Below the pieces are notes generated by a model. It saw only the letters and a program-made list of their open reading frames with translations, had not been told where the DNA came from and searched no databases. Of a DNA stretch of 64,000 bases, positions 61,661 to 64,000 are shown in pieces; position 1 is the first letter of the stretch, and each line of letters opens with the position of its first letter. The stretch is from Phoronis australis (lineage: Eukaryota > Animalia > Phoronida): contig NMRA01000341.1 of the NCBI GenBank assembly GCA_002633005.1, positions 203,474-267,473 of the forward strand. The letters run 5' to 3'. Made by a program: the position numbers and the translations under genes.

Positions 61661-64000
61661 TACTTAGCAATGATAAGTTGTTTCATGTCCAGGTAGCCCC
61701 GCTGAAACATTTTAGCTGGGTTTGTGATCTTGAAAACCACAAGCAAATTTCAATATGTAACTTAAAGCCGCCCTTAGACAAAATTCCATTTTTGGTGACA
61801 ATTTCCTTATTAAGCACTGGAGGTGGACTACTTTAATATTTCCACCCATGCGATTATGTGATGAGCCAACGACGAAGAATATTTCCCCATTTCCGTGACG
61901 ACTTGTTCCCCCCGAGTGTATTTTAAGTGTTGCGTATTTTGTCACGTAAACGTAAATGTACTCGGCTGTACAACTATGCCTATACGTGGGTGTACATTTA
62001 TAAAACCTTCTGAGGTCGAGTAAATGTAAATTTATAGAGGTGCAAATATACACCTGGCACGCGTGAACGATATTTCAATTCACGCAGGGGTGTAAATGCA
62101 TGTTGGGTAGGTCAAAAATGCCATTTCAACATCATTTCTTAGTGTGCAAGCCATCTTGAGTGTATCAATGACAAAATAATCAGTATCAGTATTCACACAC
62201 CAAAGAAAAAAACACGAACATTTGGGGGCTCGATACTAATTGATATGCAATTTCCATTGATACCACTGGCGCAATTGATACATCCCAAGTTATTTTATTA
62301 TTCAAATGATAGCCTCGTGGAATGCAACACGGAATCAAGTAATCAACTGTAACTGCCCAAATTTCAGGTATGCATTTTTGAACAGGAAAACTGTTTTGCT
62401 TTTGCAACTGCAGAAAGTTTACCTATGGTGCGGCTATGAAGTCCTGTACCCATTTCTTTCCATCTTACGACCTGACTCCAACGGTTTTCTGACTGATACA
62501 TGTACATGTATATGAGGACAGATAGATTGGTTTCTTTGTTTGTATGTTCGAACAATATTTCACAAAAGCGAGTTGGTCTACCCATGTAGAATATCATCTG
62601 CTATTTGACAATTCGTCTTCTAAATTTTCATTAACTGTGTACTGCGACAAGTCCATCGATCTTTGGTTATCCGTACTTACCGTTTGCAATACAGTCCCAA
62701 GAGCAGCCCGTGGGTGATACCCGGGTCCCAGATCAAGGAAATTATAATAGAAAACGTTGCTCGTGTCGCTTCTTTGCTTCAAAATTTACAGAGCACTGAA
62801 CACAAATGTCGCCTTTCTTTACCCCTTAGGAACACAATGTCAACTCACAGACACACCTGGGTGTACATTTGCATGTGGGGTATACCAGCTGCACGGGTGT
62901 AAAAGTGCTGTATACAAACGGGAACCTTGTCGACCAACGCTGTCTGTCTGACAACTAGGAAAACGTGAAAATGAAGGTGGTGAACACTTAAAACGAGTTT
63001 ATAAAGCGGCAATGTACCCAGGTCCCGTCTAAGAAACTAAAGTTTGATTGGTCTGAACTTGTTCCTTAGGTGAAAAGTAGTTTTTGTTCTTGCAAATAAC
63101 TGACAGTTCCTTATCCCTTGACGGAGACCATGTACAGCGTATAAAATGACGCAATAACAAGTCCACTCGTAGAGAGCTTTGAACCAATACCAAGCTGTCA
63201 GTTCTTTCGAAGTTCTGAAATCACCTCTAATTTAAGTAAAGAGAAATTTGAAATCATTTCATGACGGTAAGTTGCTTTTTGTGATGGAAGGCAAGTTTAT
63301 AGCCAATTTATACATGCGTTTACTAGGCTTTCGTGTAAGAAGGTCTTTGATTGAGATTTGGACAAAATGAGAAAAAAATATGTACAATAGAAAATATTTC
63401 GAGAGAAAATTTACCATTTACTACCCGAAACAGCAAAACTGAACTGAATGACGTGAACGTCTTCACATTGCATTATTTATCTAAGCACTGAAGGTTTTGG
63501 TTTTGAATTGATTCAATACGTCCTCGATTTGCTCATCACTGTTGTATGCTATTCCTGTTGGCTCAATAATATGCCAATCCATGGTATTCGGCAGACTGTA
63601 ACATCTGTGACACCTTTTGGATAAATATTGCACTACATATTTGTATTTACGCTAATTGGTTGAGCACCTTTACCAAAGAGATTCTGTTTCCGCTTGAGTG
63701 GAGACAGACATAATTAGTTCTGTTCATGCCGAACAGGAGCGAGCTATTTTCCCGAAAAAGTTGTCGAATTATAAATACCTACATTTCAAGCTGATATTGA
63801 CACTGTGTTGTGGCTTGCCATTTTGTGTAAATATTTTATTTCGCATGGGTAATGAAGCATATCAGTAACCAGAGTACAACGAAGAAAAACAAGAAAATCT
63901 GTACTTATAGAGATCTGAGTTTTCCAACAGATCGTATTATCAACATTTCAGCTCCCCGTCTTGTTGTAAATATGAAAAAGTTCATTGCTAAAATTCATAG

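Overview
Repeat-rich, AT-rich animal genomic DNA (spliceosomal genes, probably a marine invertebrate), with an 812-N gap and three single-N joins. Three host genes were reconstructed exon by exon from splice sites, phase continuity and recalled family motifs. (1) The 3' six coding exons of a P2X receptor (+, 3955-13843). (2) The RBR-LDD half of RNF31/HOIP (+, nine exons, 33496-47879); its 5' exons are not visible. (3) A complete 391-aa C20orf96 orthologue (-, ten coding exons, 58545-49296), convergent with HOIP. The last coding intron of P2X holds a Mag-like Ty3/Gypsy element that is circularly permuted: two identical 126-bp LTRs sit in the middle, joined through 44 bp of target-site DNA, and the element is opened inside gag. 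Other highlights: a HOIP C-terminal extension ending in a PIM/HbYX-like motif (EEVELYD-stop), Helentron-like repeats with phased arrays of CTCF-consensus motifs, a probable U12 minor intron in C20orf96, a DxxLL sorting tail on P2X, hAT elements (8- and 5-bp TSDs), LINE relics, a tRNA-derived SINE and many minisatellites. Homology calls are from memory of the families; no database search was run.
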